Translations under genes and position numbers: made by a program
In this document: piece by piece, positions 7,591 through 16,509 of the stretch
How positions within the stretch are numbered: position 1 is the stretch's first letter
How the letters are laid out: each line of letters starts with the position of its first letter
Source of the DNA: an uncultured Puniceicoccaceae bacterium
GTDB taxonomy: Bacteria; Verrucomicrobiota; Verrucomicrobiia; Opitutales; Seribacteraceae
Direction: 5' to 3'
DNA length: 24,005 bases
NCBI GenBank assembly: GCA_964641305.1
Contig: CAZXKR010000001.1
Coordinates: 1,900 to 25,904 of the forward strand
Notes under the pieces: generated by a model
The model's database searches: none
What the model was told of the DNA's origin: nothing
Seen by the model: the letters and a program-made list of their open reading frames with translations, nothing else

Positions 7591-8757
7591 GTGAAACTTC
7601 AAATAAATAATTGCGATAGCTCTGTCGAACACTCGGAAAACCATGTGGTCGACATCTCCGAAGGTTCCAACGAGTATACTTTTGTACATTTTCTGAGTCC
7701 AGCATTGGTCAAGACGGCTTCCGGCCTGACCGAAGTCGAGGCAGGAGCCTGCGTAATGTATACCCCTCAGAATCCACAATTCTACAGGGGTGCAGGTGAG
7801 CGTTGGTCAAACGACTATTTGACATTTTCGGGATCATCGGCTGAAAAAATCGCTCTGACTGGTGGATTTTTGATGAATGAGGTTTTTTATCCTTACAGAA
7901 CTCATTTCATTTCTTCTTTATTTGAAAAGATGAAAACCGAAAGCTTGCGCCGTGAACTCAATTGGGAGCGTATTGCGACTTTGGCACTAGAAGAATTTAT
8001 TTTAAAGCTCTCTCGTTATGCTGAGGACGACCTCTCTTCTTTTTCTTCCGACCATTCCCATGTACTGCGAGAGGTAAGAGCTGAAGTGCACGAACGGATG
8101 GTCGAGCATTGGGCGATCGAGGAAATGGCTCGTTTGGCAAATTTAAGTTCAAGTCGCTTTGCCGCACTTTTCAAGAATGAATTCGGGGTAAGCCCCACCG
8201 AAGACTTGATTCGCGAACGCATTGAACGTGCTAAGACCTTGCTGTCGAATGTGCGCGTAAGTGTTAAAGAGGTTTCGGCCAACTGCGGTTTCGAGAGTGT
8301 ACACTATTTTCATCGGGCTTTTAAAAAGCGCGTGGGGATTACACCGAGGCATTATCACAAAATGAAGAATCCGACTGCACAATCTCGCGTACGCGGTGAG
8401 TTTACATTAGACGAACTGTCGCAAGATGCTGATTTCAGCGGAATTATCCAGATCAAGGACGGCGAAGTCTTTTTTCATGGTGATAGCGATGGTTGGGCTG
8501 GGTTTTTGGGTTGGTCGTCAACAGAACTTATCGACAAGCCATTCTTTAACTTTGTTGACCCACAGGATTTGGTAATCGGCCGTGAAGCGTTGGGTCAAAT
8601 TACTCAGGGGCAGAATCTGAGAGACATTACAATTCGGCTCAGCAAAAAAGATGGCGGGCACCGGATCGTAGAATTTTCGGCGATATCTAAAGGCAATACT
8701 TGGTTTTGGTTTGCAAGAAAACTACCTGATGACTTTCAAGTTCATCCAAGGAATTGA
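7591..8757 (+). CDS. AraC/XylS-family transcriptional regulator with N-terminal cupin-like sensor, central double HTH and C-terminal PAS domain
   Basis: GTG start. HTH: HWAIEEMARLANLSSSRFAALFKNEFGVSP...VKEVSANCGFESVHYFHRAFKKRVGITPRHY (aa ~159-257). PAS-like: GWAGFLGWSSTELIDKPFFNFVDPQD...IRLSKKDGGHRIVEFS (aa ~271-378). Confidence 0.88.
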   Translation: MKLQINNCDSSVEHSENHVVDISEGSNEYTFVHFLSPALVKTASGLTEVEAGACVMYTPQNPQFYRGAGERWSNDYLTFSGSSAEKIALTGGFLMNEVFYPYRTHFISSLFEKMKTESLRRELNWERIATLALEEFILKLSRYAEDDLSSFSSDHSHVLREVRAEVHERMVEHWAIEEMARLANLSSSRFAALFKNEFGVSPTEDLIRERIERAKTLLSNVRVSVKEVSANCGFESVHYFHRAFKKRVGITPRHYHKMKNPTAQSRVRGEFTLDELSQDADFSGIIQIKDGEVFFHGDSDGWAGFLGWSSTELIDKPFFNFVDPQDLVIGREALGQITQGQNLRDITIRLSKKDGGHRIVEFSAISKGNTWFWFARKLPDDFQVHPRN

Positions 8758-8848
8758 TTTTCGGCGATTCTACACTTTTTCGTCTAATCCATTTTGAACG
8801 ACGGCAAATTGCGGAATTTTCTCCAAGTCGTTTCAGACAAGCTAAGCC

Positions 8849-9124
8849 TCAGCCTTTCCTAACCTTCTCCTTGGCTTGTTCGGATTCTTCTTCCAGAGAT
8901 GAGGTTTCATGAGCGATTTGCTGGCGAAACTCATCAGCTCCTGCTTCATCACCTGCGGCGATGGAATCGGCAAGGTTTTTTTCTAAGAATATTTTTCGTT
9001 CGGCGATCTTAGCCTGATATTTCGATGTTATTTCGGCAATTTCAGCTTTTTGCTCCTTGGAGATAGGTTTGGGCTCATCATCCCCCCCCATACGTTCCAT
9101 GGCTAATTCGTATGCACTCTTCAT
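8849..9124 (-). CDS. Small charged alpha-helical hypothetical protein (91 aa, starts MKSAYELAMERMGG)
   Basis: ATG 9124 lies 10 nt past the comEC stop; strongly helical, E/K/A-rich sequence. The upstream extension to 9193 overlaps comEC and is unlikely. Confidence 0.8.
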   Translation of the reverse strand: MKSAYELAMERMGGDDEPKPISKEQKAEIAEITSKYQAKIAERKIFLEKNLADSIAAGDEAGADEFRQQIAHETSSLEEESEQAKEKVRKG

Positions 9125-9134
9125 AACATTAGTT

Positions 9135-10793
9135 TCAAAAAGACAGGTTGGTCCCAAAGGCAATAAAAAAGGCAATGCATGCCGGTGCTGCAAAAAATAC
9201 TAATGCGGAGGATGACGGCAATCTGTCAGCCAATGCAAGGCATACGCCGAGATAGATGAAGCTCGTTATTGCAGGGGCCCAAGTAGTTTCTACTTCCGTG
9301 CGATAGAAAAAGCCTGGGATTTTAATAAAGAAATTCACGAGAAAATCCATCAACCGTATGATGCACCAATCAAGTTCGTGAAGAAAATCAAAACCGCAGG
9401 CCCCGAAGGGCAAAGAAAACACGGCCAACCAAATTGCTCCAACGGCTAGAAAAACAAGAAATACATTCAACAAAACTCCTCCGGGAGAAAAGACTCCAAA
9501 GGCTTCTGCGGCAAGTGGCGAGCTCGCCAAGGTCGCTGCTACGCTTATGGCCAGAGCTCCAAAAAACCAATGGCATATCCCAACTCCAATTTTGCGATAC
9601 CCCGATAATTCTTCATCCGAAAGGAATCGCCAAGGTCGCATGGTTGCCTGGAGTCTTTTTCCTAGTGGACCCCCATACAGAATTATGGAGAAGACAACGG
9701 CATAGGAAAGCTGAAACCCTTTTTTCCAAAACTGCCCAGGATCTATTGCAAGAACGAAGACGGCGGATATGACGAGTGCACGAAAGGCACTCCCCCTCCT
9801 TCCCGAAGCGTCCGAAGCCTTCCAAAAGGCGATCATAATGAAAGCGCGTTGTGCCGACGGAGTACCTCCCGTAATTTGGACATAGAGGTATAGCAGGGAT
9901 AACATTAGGATCGTCTCCATCCATCTCGGCCCGGGAACCAACCGCAACAATAGCAAGAGCAAGCCAGCCACGACAGCTATGTGCAGGCCGCTTATCGCGA
10001 AAAGGTGCATCGCTCCAGCAAGGATAAACCGCTCTTTTTGATCATGTGGAATTGCGGTTTTTTTCCCAAGAAGCATAGCAACGACAATTCCCGCGACCTG
10101 TTCATCCTCCGGTTCTGTTCCGAAACGCAACAGTTTCTCAATGTTTCGATTTGAATTACGACAAAAATGAGCAAAGGGACTTGCGGAGAGGACCTTCTCC
10201 AAAATTTCGCCACGTCGAAACTCGTATTGGATACCCATGGCGAGAAGGTGTTGGCTAAAGGAGTTCTTGGTGCCGTTTTGGATTGGATACAGCACGCCCA
10301 ATACCCGCATTCTGTCTCCTTCGACTGGTTCGCTCCCCTTATTTCTGCCGGCGAGTCGAAAATAGATTTGTTTGCCTTTTAGATCACTGCGGACATCGGG
10401 AGTCCATCGAACATGGGCAAGTCCGGAAAACTTTTCCGAATCATTTTTTTGATCGAAGAGACGCTCAATGTGGATATCGAGGACTAGTTCTCGAGGGGGT
10501 AATTTGAGCAAGCTGGCCGTGGTTTTATGAGAGCCTTCCACTTGAAGGTATCTAGTAGCTGAAAGGCAGAATACTCCACCAATAAAGAAAACAGCCCACA
10601 ACCATTGTGTATTTCGTTGACGGATCATGGTCCACATCCCTGCGATAGAAAAAAGTAAGCCGCAGGTAAAAATGGGCATGAGAACATATGGCATCAAGAC
10701 ATTCGCTGCGATCAACCCTGCGACCCACGGAAGCAGAACCCAAAGCAATGGGGCCCGCAATGGTGTGGTTGGGTCGAGATCTGAAATCCTCAT
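9135..10793 (-). CDS. comEC: ComEC/Rec2 family competence channel protein (no C-terminal metallo-beta-lactamase domain)
   Basis: AMLLGKK, F..AGAMHLFAISGLHIAVV, GGTPSAQRAFIM, GFQLSY, LLNVF.V; many TM segments. Start placed at ATG 10793 (MRISDL) to avoid overlap with rarA. Confidence 0.9.
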   Translation of the reverse strand: MRISDLDPTTPLRAPLLWVLLPWVAGLIAANVLMPYVLMPIFTCGLLFSIAGMWTMIRQRNTQWLWAVFFIGGVFCLSATRYLQVEGSHKTTASLLKLPPRELVLDIHIERLFDQKNDSEKFSGLAHVRWTPDVRSDLKGKQIYFRLAGRNKGSEPVEGDRMRVLGVLYPIQNGTKNSFSQHLLAMGIQYEFRRGEILEKVLSASPFAHFCRNSNRNIEKLLRFGTEPEDEQVAGIVVAMLLGKKTAIPHDQKERFILAGAMHLFAISGLHIAVVAGLLLLLLRLVPGPRWMETILMLSLLYLYVQITGGTPSAQRAFIMIAFWKASDASGRRGSAFRALVISAVFVLAIDPGQFWKKGFQLSYAVVFSIILYGGPLGKRLQATMRPWRFLSDEELSGYRKIGVGICHWFFGALAISVAATLASSPLAAEAFGVFSPGGVLLNVFLVFLAVGAIWLAVFSLPFGACGFDFLHELDWCIIRLMDFLVNFFIKIPGFFYRTEVETTWAPAITSFIYLGVCLALADRLPSSSALVFFAAPACIAFFIAFGTNLSF

Positions 10794-10840
10794 CGCAACG
10801 CTTGCCGTAATTGCTTCTCCGTGCTTGGATAATTTTTGAA

Positions 10841-12166
10841 ATGAAGGACGACGAAAAAGAGTCGCTTTTGGAAGAGCGGGGAAAGGTGAGTGAGAACAGA
10901 AGGCCATTGGCCGAGAGAATGCGACCGTGCACCATTCTTGAGGTTTTTGGTCAAGAACATATATTGGGTAAGGGTTGTTTGCTACCTAATCTGATCAAGG
11001 AAAACCGGGTGGGCAACTTGATTTTAGCTGGGCCTCCCGGTTCCGGAAAAACGACTCTGGCGACAGTTATCGCAGCCGAAAGTGGGTGCAAAATCCTGAA
11101 GATAAATGCCGTTACTTCAAATGTTGCCGAACTTCGTGACGCCCTCAAGCTCGCTCGTTATTATGGTTCTGCCAATTGCTACCTTTTCATTGACGAGATT
11201 CATAGATTCAATAAAGCCCAACAGGATTTGCTTTTGCCGGATGTTGAATCGGGTAACGCTCGCCTTATTGGCGCTACCACCCACAACCCGCGATATTATG
11301 TAATAGATCCTTTGCTTAGTCGCTGCCATCTGTTCACATTGGAACCGCTTTCGGTTCCTGTTATAGAAGGCTCACTCCGAGTTGCCTTAAACGATTGCGA
11401 AAGGGGTCTAGGTTCCCGCTCCTGCGAGGCTGATAAAGTGATATTAGAGCAGATTGCTTTGCTGGCCGAAGGAGATCTTCGTCGCGGATACAATTTCTTG
11501 GAAACGATAGTTGAGGCTTTGCCTGTGGGTGCAAAACTGACGGACCAAGAGCTGGCTGTTTTTAGTCGTGAGCGCAACATTCGCTACGATAGGGATGAGG
11601 ACGAACACTACGATACCGCATCGGCTTTTATAAAAAGTATGCGCGGCAATGATCCCGACGCCGCCCTCTATTGGCTCGCGAAAATGTTGGCCGGTGGAGA
11701 AGACCCCCGCTTCATTGCCAGAAGATTAGTCATTTTTGCCTCAGAAGACGTGGGGTTGGCGGATTCGAGGGCCTTGCTACTTGCTGATGCGGCGTTTCGG
11801 GCGTGCGAAATTATTGGTTTGCCCGAGTGTGAACTGAACCTTGCGCACGTTACCATCTTCCTTGCGACTTGTCCGAAGAGCAACAGTTCGACTTTGGCTA
11901 TAGGCAAAGCCAAGCGAGCTATACGCGAAAAACCTCTTCAATCCATACCTTCCGCCATTCGAGACAGGCATGGCCGCAACAAAAAAAACCGCAGCGGAAA
12001 CGAAAATTTCTATCTTTATAGCCACGATTTCTCTGAAAATGTTTCGGGACAAGATTATCTGGATGAGCAACTTGAACTTTACTCTCCCAAAAACTCCGGG
12101 GCAGAAGTGGCCATCGGCGAACGACTGTCCTTATGGAAATCAATGCGGAGAGACCTACAAGCGTAG
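10841..12166 (+). CDS. rarA: Replication-associated recombination protein A (MgsA/RarA AAA+ ATPase)
   Basis: PLAERMRP, Walker A GPPGSGKT, FIDEIHRFNKAQQD, GATTHNP, HYDTASAFIKSMRG.DPDAALYWLA, SEDVGLAD. Confidence 0.95.
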   Translation: MKDDEKESLLEERGKVSENRRPLAERMRPCTILEVFGQEHILGKGCLLPNLIKENRVGNLILAGPPGSGKTTLATVIAAESGCKILKINAVTSNVAELRDALKLARYYGSANCYLFIDEIHRFNKAQQDLLLPDVESGNARLIGATTHNPRYYVIDPLLSRCHLFTLEPLSVPVIEGSLRVALNDCERGLGSRSCEADKVILEQIALLAEGDLRRGYNFLETIVEALPVGAKLTDQELAVFSRERNIRYDRDEDEHYDTASAFIKSMRGNDPDAALYWLAKMLAGGEDPRFIARRLVIFASEDVGLADSRALLLADAAFRACEIIGLPECELNLAHVTIFLATCPKSNSSTLAIGKAKRAIREKPLQSIPSAIRDRHGRNKKNRSGNENFYLYSHDFSENVSGQDYLDEQLELYSPKNSGAEVAIGERLSLWKSMRRDLQA

Positions 12167-12266
12167 CTTTGCTTTCTTTTCTACTTGGCTTTTGATCGCA
12201 CCTCTTAAGGTTGCAATTTCTGCCGAGAAGTCGGACATTCATTCTAGTGAGAGTGGCAACCTGAGT

Positions 12267-12295
12267 TTGCACTTTCCCATATACCCGATTTTAAT
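12267..12295 (+). promoter_or_regulatory. Putative sigma70 promoter for the rhomboid gene
   Basis: TTGCAC (12267-72), 17-nt spacer, TTTAAT (12290-95), then 8 nt to ATG 12304. Confidence 0.4.
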
Positions 12296-12303
12296 TTCTA
12301 CCT

Positions 12304-13182
12304 ATGCTTTACGATAGACCTTATATGAGAGCCCCTAGTTTTGGGGGACGAACAAGTAGTTTCCTCAAGTTCTTGCTCGTTTTATTGATTGCGAGCTTCG
12401 TATTGCAAACCATTGTTAAGGCAGTAGGCGACATTGATGCAAATGTAACATTTTTCTCTTGGACGGCCTTTACGCCAGATGGATTTCTTTCTGGGAAGTT
12501 GTGGACGATTTTCACATACGCTTGCTTGCATGAGGGGCCATGGCATCTGGTTATGAATCTCTTGGCTATTTTTTTTATGGGACGAGCCCTTGAAGATGAT
12601 CTCGGCCCGAAAATGATGACTTGGTTGACTTTGGCCGGAGCAGCATCGGGGGCCTTGTTGTGGTTTGCATTCAATATGGGCGGAAGTGGATTAGTTGGTG
12701 CGTCTGCAATTGCTTTGGCTTTCGTTACGACTTTTTGTCTGCGTAGACCGGAGCAGCCTATCACTCTACTGCTCTTCTTTGTCATACCTTGCACACTGAA
12801 GCCAAAATGGATTCTGTGGAGTCTTCTTGGCATCGAGACTTACGGCTTTCTTTTTTCTGAGCTCAATGGCGGTTCGGGAGTTGCCCACTCGGCGCATTTG
12901 GGAGGGATGTTGGCAGGGTTGTTTTTCTTTAGCTACGCTCGTTCGGGCGGAACTTCCTGGAACAAGCGTCCGCGGCTACAAAAACCTTCTTGGCTGAAGG
13001 TTGCCAAGCAATCACGCAAATCGGGAGCACCTTCCGATTATTCCGTAAACCTCGACGATCGCGAGATGGTCGAGCAGGAGGTCGATCGGATTCTCGACAA
13101 AATTAACGAAAAAGGCTTTGGCTCTCTTAACGAAGATGAAAAAAGAACCCTCGACAAGGCAAAGAGCCTCTTGGGAAAGTAA
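12304..13182 (+). CDS. Rhomboid-family intramembrane serine protease with C-terminal soluble helical domain (DUF6576-like)
   Basis: W.IFTY..LH, HLVMN, catalytic GxS (VGASA), AHSAHLGG; C-terminal EVDRILDKINEKGFGSL..DEK..L. Confidence 0.9.
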   Translation: MLYDRPYMRAPSFGGRTSSFLKFLLVLLIASFVLQTIVKAVGDIDANVTFFSWTAFTPDGFLSGKLWTIFTYACLHEGPWHLVMNLLAIFFMGRALEDDLGPKMMTWLTLAGAASGALLWFAFNMGGSGLVGASAIALAFVTTFCLRRPEQPITLLLFFVIPCTLKPKWILWSLLGIETYGFLFSELNGGSGVAHSAHLGGMLAGLFFFSYARSGGTSWNKRPRLQKPSWLKVAKQSRKSGAPSDYSVNLDDREMVEQEVDRILDKINEKGFGSLNEDEKRTLDKAKSLLGK

Positions 13183-13289
13183 GTGTTTGCATGCGAATAT
13201 TTCATTGCCGACAGATGCGACATCCTCTTTTCTGATTTCTTTCTACCTTTGGCTGTCGTCATGTCAGTTTTCGAATAATCCGATTCACT

Positions 13290-15560
13290 ATGATTAAATT
13301 CCGTAAATATTTTTCGCTCCTAACATTTGCCGTTCTGTGCTTTGATTATGTTCTCTTAGCGAAGGAAGAGCAGGTTGCCATTGGGGACAAGGAACTTGAG
13401 CCGACCAAGCTCATGCAAGGTGAGGCTCGATGGTTGGCCGAAGCTCTCCAGCGAGCTCATTACAGCAAGGTTTCTGTAGAGAAAGTCGATCGGAAGGAAT
13501 TTCTCGAGACTTACATGAACAGGCTAGATCGCCAACGCCTGTATTTTCTCGAGTCCGATCATGAGGGCTACCTCAAAACCTTTTTGCCCACGATCGGCAC
13601 CTACTTGGAACAAGGAAACCTTTTCCCAGGATTTCGTATATATAATGATTATAAATCGAAGGCACTGGTTCGTCTGGCGTGGGTCATTGCTCGTCTGCAA
13701 AAAGATTTTGATTTAAATGCTGATGTCGCTTTTATTCCAGACCGCGAGAAAGTTTCGTGGCCAAAAAATGAGGAAGAGGCCGATGAAATTTGGGAGAAGC
13801 GGTTAACTTACGAAATGATTGCGGAGTTGCTTGCGCAGATCGGTGACTCCCTCGATGAAAATAGTACCGAAGCCGAAAGCAAGACTTTGCTGCCAGAAGC
13901 CGAAAAACTGGCGGAGTTTACCAAGGAGGCTCGTGACCGCATTACCAAACGCTATGAACGCTGGGATAAAAACATTCGCGAGTTCGAAGCTTCGGATGTT
14001 CAGGAAACGTATCTTACCACGCTTTCCCAGATGTTCGACCCTCACACGACTTTCCTTAACATCAAGCAACGAGATAGGTTCAATCAATCGATGCATAACA
14101 CTTTTGTAGGGATTGGTGCTGTACTTACGGATGAAGATGGTTTTTGCACGATTAAAGAACTTCTCCCTGGAGGTCCCGCCGAGGCTTGTCGCGAATTGGA
14201 GCCAGAAGACGTCATTCTAAAGGTTGCTCAAGGAGACGGAGATTTCGTTGAGGTAGTCAATATGAAGCTTAGCAAGATAGTGGAACTTATTAAAGGGCCC
14301 AAGGATACAGTCGTGCGACTTTTCGTAAAGCCGGGCAAGAATCCTTCTGACCGAAATACGGTGAGCATTACCAGAGATCGCATCAAGTTGACTGCTAATT
14401 TAGCTTCTGCGACCATTCACGAGGTGCCAGCCCCTGAAGGTGACCGAACTTTCCCCATTGGCGTTATCGAACTGCCTTCATTTTATGGAGCCGCTCCCGG
14501 AGAGGCTAAAGCTAAAGCCACCGATGATCTGGAAGAGCTTATTGGAAAACTGAAAGATCTTGGAGCCGAAGGCATTGTGCTAGACCTTCGTCGCAACGGA
14601 GGTGGATTTCTTAGTGAGGCAGTAAGTCTTGCAGGACTTTTCATTTCAAGAGGACCCGTTGTTCAGGTAAAGAGCACTGATGGGAAAATTCGCAAAAAAT
14701 TTGATTTTAACCCAAAGATGGCTTGGGAAGGTCCACTTGCTCTGTTGGTTTCACGGTACAGTGCGTCGGCTTCTGAAATTGTAGCTGGAGCACTTCAGAA
14801 TCATAAGCGTGCTCTAATATTAGGAGACAAGGCAACCCATGGAAAAGGAACTGTTCAATCAATGATTGAGATGAACGCACCCTATCTATATACCTTAAAA
14901 AGCGATAAGCGGAGTGCTGCTAAAATTACCATTCAGAAATATTATCTGCCAAGCGGAACCAGTACTCAGAATGTTGGTGTGATTGCCGATATTCCAATGC
15001 CTTCTATCAACGAGTTTCTTCCTATCGGCGAAGCTGACCTTCCTCACGCCATGAAGTGGGACGAAATTCCAGAAGTGAACTATCGTCGGCCTGCGGAAGA
15101 ATTTCGAATTCGACCAGAGGAGTCCAAACAACTGCTTGAAACGAGCCTTAAGCGACAACAGGAAAGAGAGGAATTTGCCTATCTGCGAAAGAATGTTGAT
15201 TGGTATAAAGGGAAACGCGACCAGAAGGAGTTTTCCCTAAACCTCGCTAAGCGGCTTGAGCAAAAAACTAAGGATGAAGACTTTACAAAAGAGCTCAATG
15301 AAGAGATGAAAGATTTGGCGACAAAGTCATTTCCGGCCCGTCAAGTTCGACTGGATGTAGTGCGAATTCAGGATCGTCGTTCACGTGAAGTTCGTGGAGA
15401 AAAAGTTGAAGATGAAGGAGTCGCGGAAAAAATGGAGCCTGGAACTACCTTGGACATTCGCCTTCATGAAAGCCTTCGAATCGTTTCCGATTGGATACTT
15501 TTGCGAGAAGAAGCCTCCAAGGTTGCCAAAAGCGTTGAGGGTGCTGAAAAAAAATCTTAA
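13290..15560 (+). CDS. prc: Carboxy-terminal processing (tail-specific) protease, S41A family, Prc/Tsp type
   Basis: Signal peptide, DPHT, PDZ (FVGIGAVL...PGGPA), DLRRNGGGFL.EAV, catalytic SASASEIVAG and GKGTVQ. Confidence 0.92.
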   Translation: MIKFRKYFSLLTFAVLCFDYVLLAKEEQVAIGDKELEPTKLMQGEARWLAEALQRAHYSKVSVEKVDRKEFLETYMNRLDRQRLYFLESDHEGYLKTFLPTIGTYLEQGNLFPGFRIYNDYKSKALVRLAWVIARLQKDFDLNADVAFIPDREKVSWPKNEEEADEIWEKRLTYEMIAELLAQIGDSLDENSTEAESKTLLPEAEKLAEFTKEARDRITKRYERWDKNIREFEASDVQETYLTTLSQMFDPHTTFLNIKQRDRFNQSMHNTFVGIGAVLTDEDGFCTIKELLPGGPAEACRELEPEDVILKVAQGDGDFVEVVNMKLSKIVELIKGPKDTVVRLFVKPGKNPSDRNTVSITRDRIKLTANLASATIHEVPAPEGDRTFPIGVIELPSFYGAAPGEAKAKATDDLEELIGKLKDLGAEGIVLDLRRNGGGFLSEAVSLAGLFISRGPVVQVKSTDGKIRKKFDFNPKMAWEGPLALLVSRYSASASEIVAGALQNHKRALILGDKATHGKGTVQSMIEMNAPYLYTLKSDKRSAAKITIQKYYLPSGTSTQNVGVIADIPMPSINEFLPIGEADLPHAMKWDEIPEVNYRRPAEEFRIRPEESKQLLETSLKRQQEREEFAYLRKNVDWYKGKRDQKEFSLNLAKRLEQKTKDEDFTKELNEEMKDLATKSFPARQVRLDVVRIQDRRSREVRGEKVEDEGVAEKMEPGTTLDIRLHESLRIVSDWILLREEASKVAKSVEGAEKKS

Positions 15561-15594
15561 GTGATAACACCAAGTAGGTTGGTTCGTCGGAACT

Positions 15595-15613
15595 TAAAGC
15601 CAAGATAGCTTTA
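15595..15613. terminator. Weak candidate terminator between convergent prc and prmC
   Basis: TAAAGC-caagata-GCTTTA followed by TTTT; AT-rich and weak. Confidence 0.2.
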
Positions 15614-15631
15614 TTTTCCGAGCGATGGCAC

Positions 15632-16504
15632 TTATGTATTCGCTATTTCTTGTGGTTGGCTAGCAAGGAAAAACCGGGGTTTCTTGGATAAATCTCTCAT
15701 GCCTCTAGCATTGGAATATCCCTTTTCCCGTGCTTTTTCAATAAGGAGTTCATGGTGTGACTCACCAGTTTCCATTGCGAGTAAACCGCCAGAGTTTAAA
15801 TGTTGTTTGGACGCTGTTAGAATATGAAGGAGGTGGTCGTGGCCTTCATTTTTAGAGACAAGAGCTAGCTTGGGATCATGTTCCCGAACCTCTGGCTGAG
15901 AGCATTCCCATTCTTTATTAGAGAGATAGGGAGGGTTTGAGACGATTAGATCAAAAGCGGACTCGTTCTTTTGCAATGACTCGAACCAGTTGCCGAGACG
16001 GAAGCTAATTTTATCAGAAAGTTTGTTATTGGCAGCATTTTCTTGTGCAAGGAGGAGAGCATCTGAGGAGATGTCGGTGGCTACCACTTGCGCCGATGGA
16101 AAAACCTTGGCAAATGCAAGTGCAAGTGCACCAGAACCAGTGCCTAGATCTAAAATGCGGCGGGGTGGCTTTGTGGCAAATTCGCCATTAAGAATTTCAG
16201 TGAATTCTTCCGTCTCCGGTCGCGGAATCAGAGCCCTTTTGTCGCAAGTGATTCGAAGGCCGGCAAAATCCACAAACCCGATCAAGTGTTGGAGTGGTTC
16301 TCTTGCTCCCCTTCGCTTAACCAGTTTGCGAATAGGAGCGAGCTGAGCTTCTTCAAGTGGTCGCTCGAACTGCAAGTAGAGGTCCATCCGGGCAAGGTTT
16401 AAAGAATACGCAATGATCCACTCTGCATCGAGTTTGGGCTGGGGCACTCCGCATTTTTCAAAAAAACTTGTGGTTCGTCGAACCACATCGAGAATAGTGA
16501 GCAT
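15632..16504 (-). CDS. prmC: Release factor glutamine methyltransferase PrmC/HemK
   Basis: REPLQHL.G, RALIPRPETE, LDLGTGSG, SNPPY. Downstream of prfA. The ORF track starts at TTG 16513; ATG 16504 preferred. Confidence 0.95.
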   Translation of the reverse strand: MLTILDVVRRTTSFFEKCGVPQPKLDAEWIIAYSLNLARMDLYLQFERPLEEAQLAPIRKLVKRRGAREPLQHLIGFVDFAGLRITCDKRALIPRPETEEFTEILNGEFATKPPRRILDLGTGSGALALAFAKVFPSAQVVATDISSDALLLAQENAANNKLSDKISFRLGNWFESLQKNESAFDLIVSNPPYLSNKEWECSQPEVREHDPKLALVSKNEGHDHLLHILTASKQHLNSGGLLAMETGESHHELLIEKAREKGYSNARGMRDLSKKPRFFLASQPQEIANT

Positions 16505-16509
16505 GGAGC

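Noticed and set aside
7222-7779. ORFs 7222-7527 (+) and 7549-7779 (-) around the AT-rich spacer
   Set aside because: They overlap the better-supported RHH and AraC genes, show no motifs, and cross the regulatory dyads.
11981-11988. A8 run in rarA (and A8 at the prc 3' end) as phase-variation or frameshift sites
   Set aside because: The rarA frame continues into a normal RarA C-terminus (YLYSHDF...QDYL), and the prc run is in the last codons. No broken gene is evident.
11970-12317. 115-aa ORF with a hydrophobic stretch spanning the rarA-rhomboid gap
   Set aside because: Overlaps rarA by about 200 nt and covers the probable rhomboid promoter; no recognisable motif.
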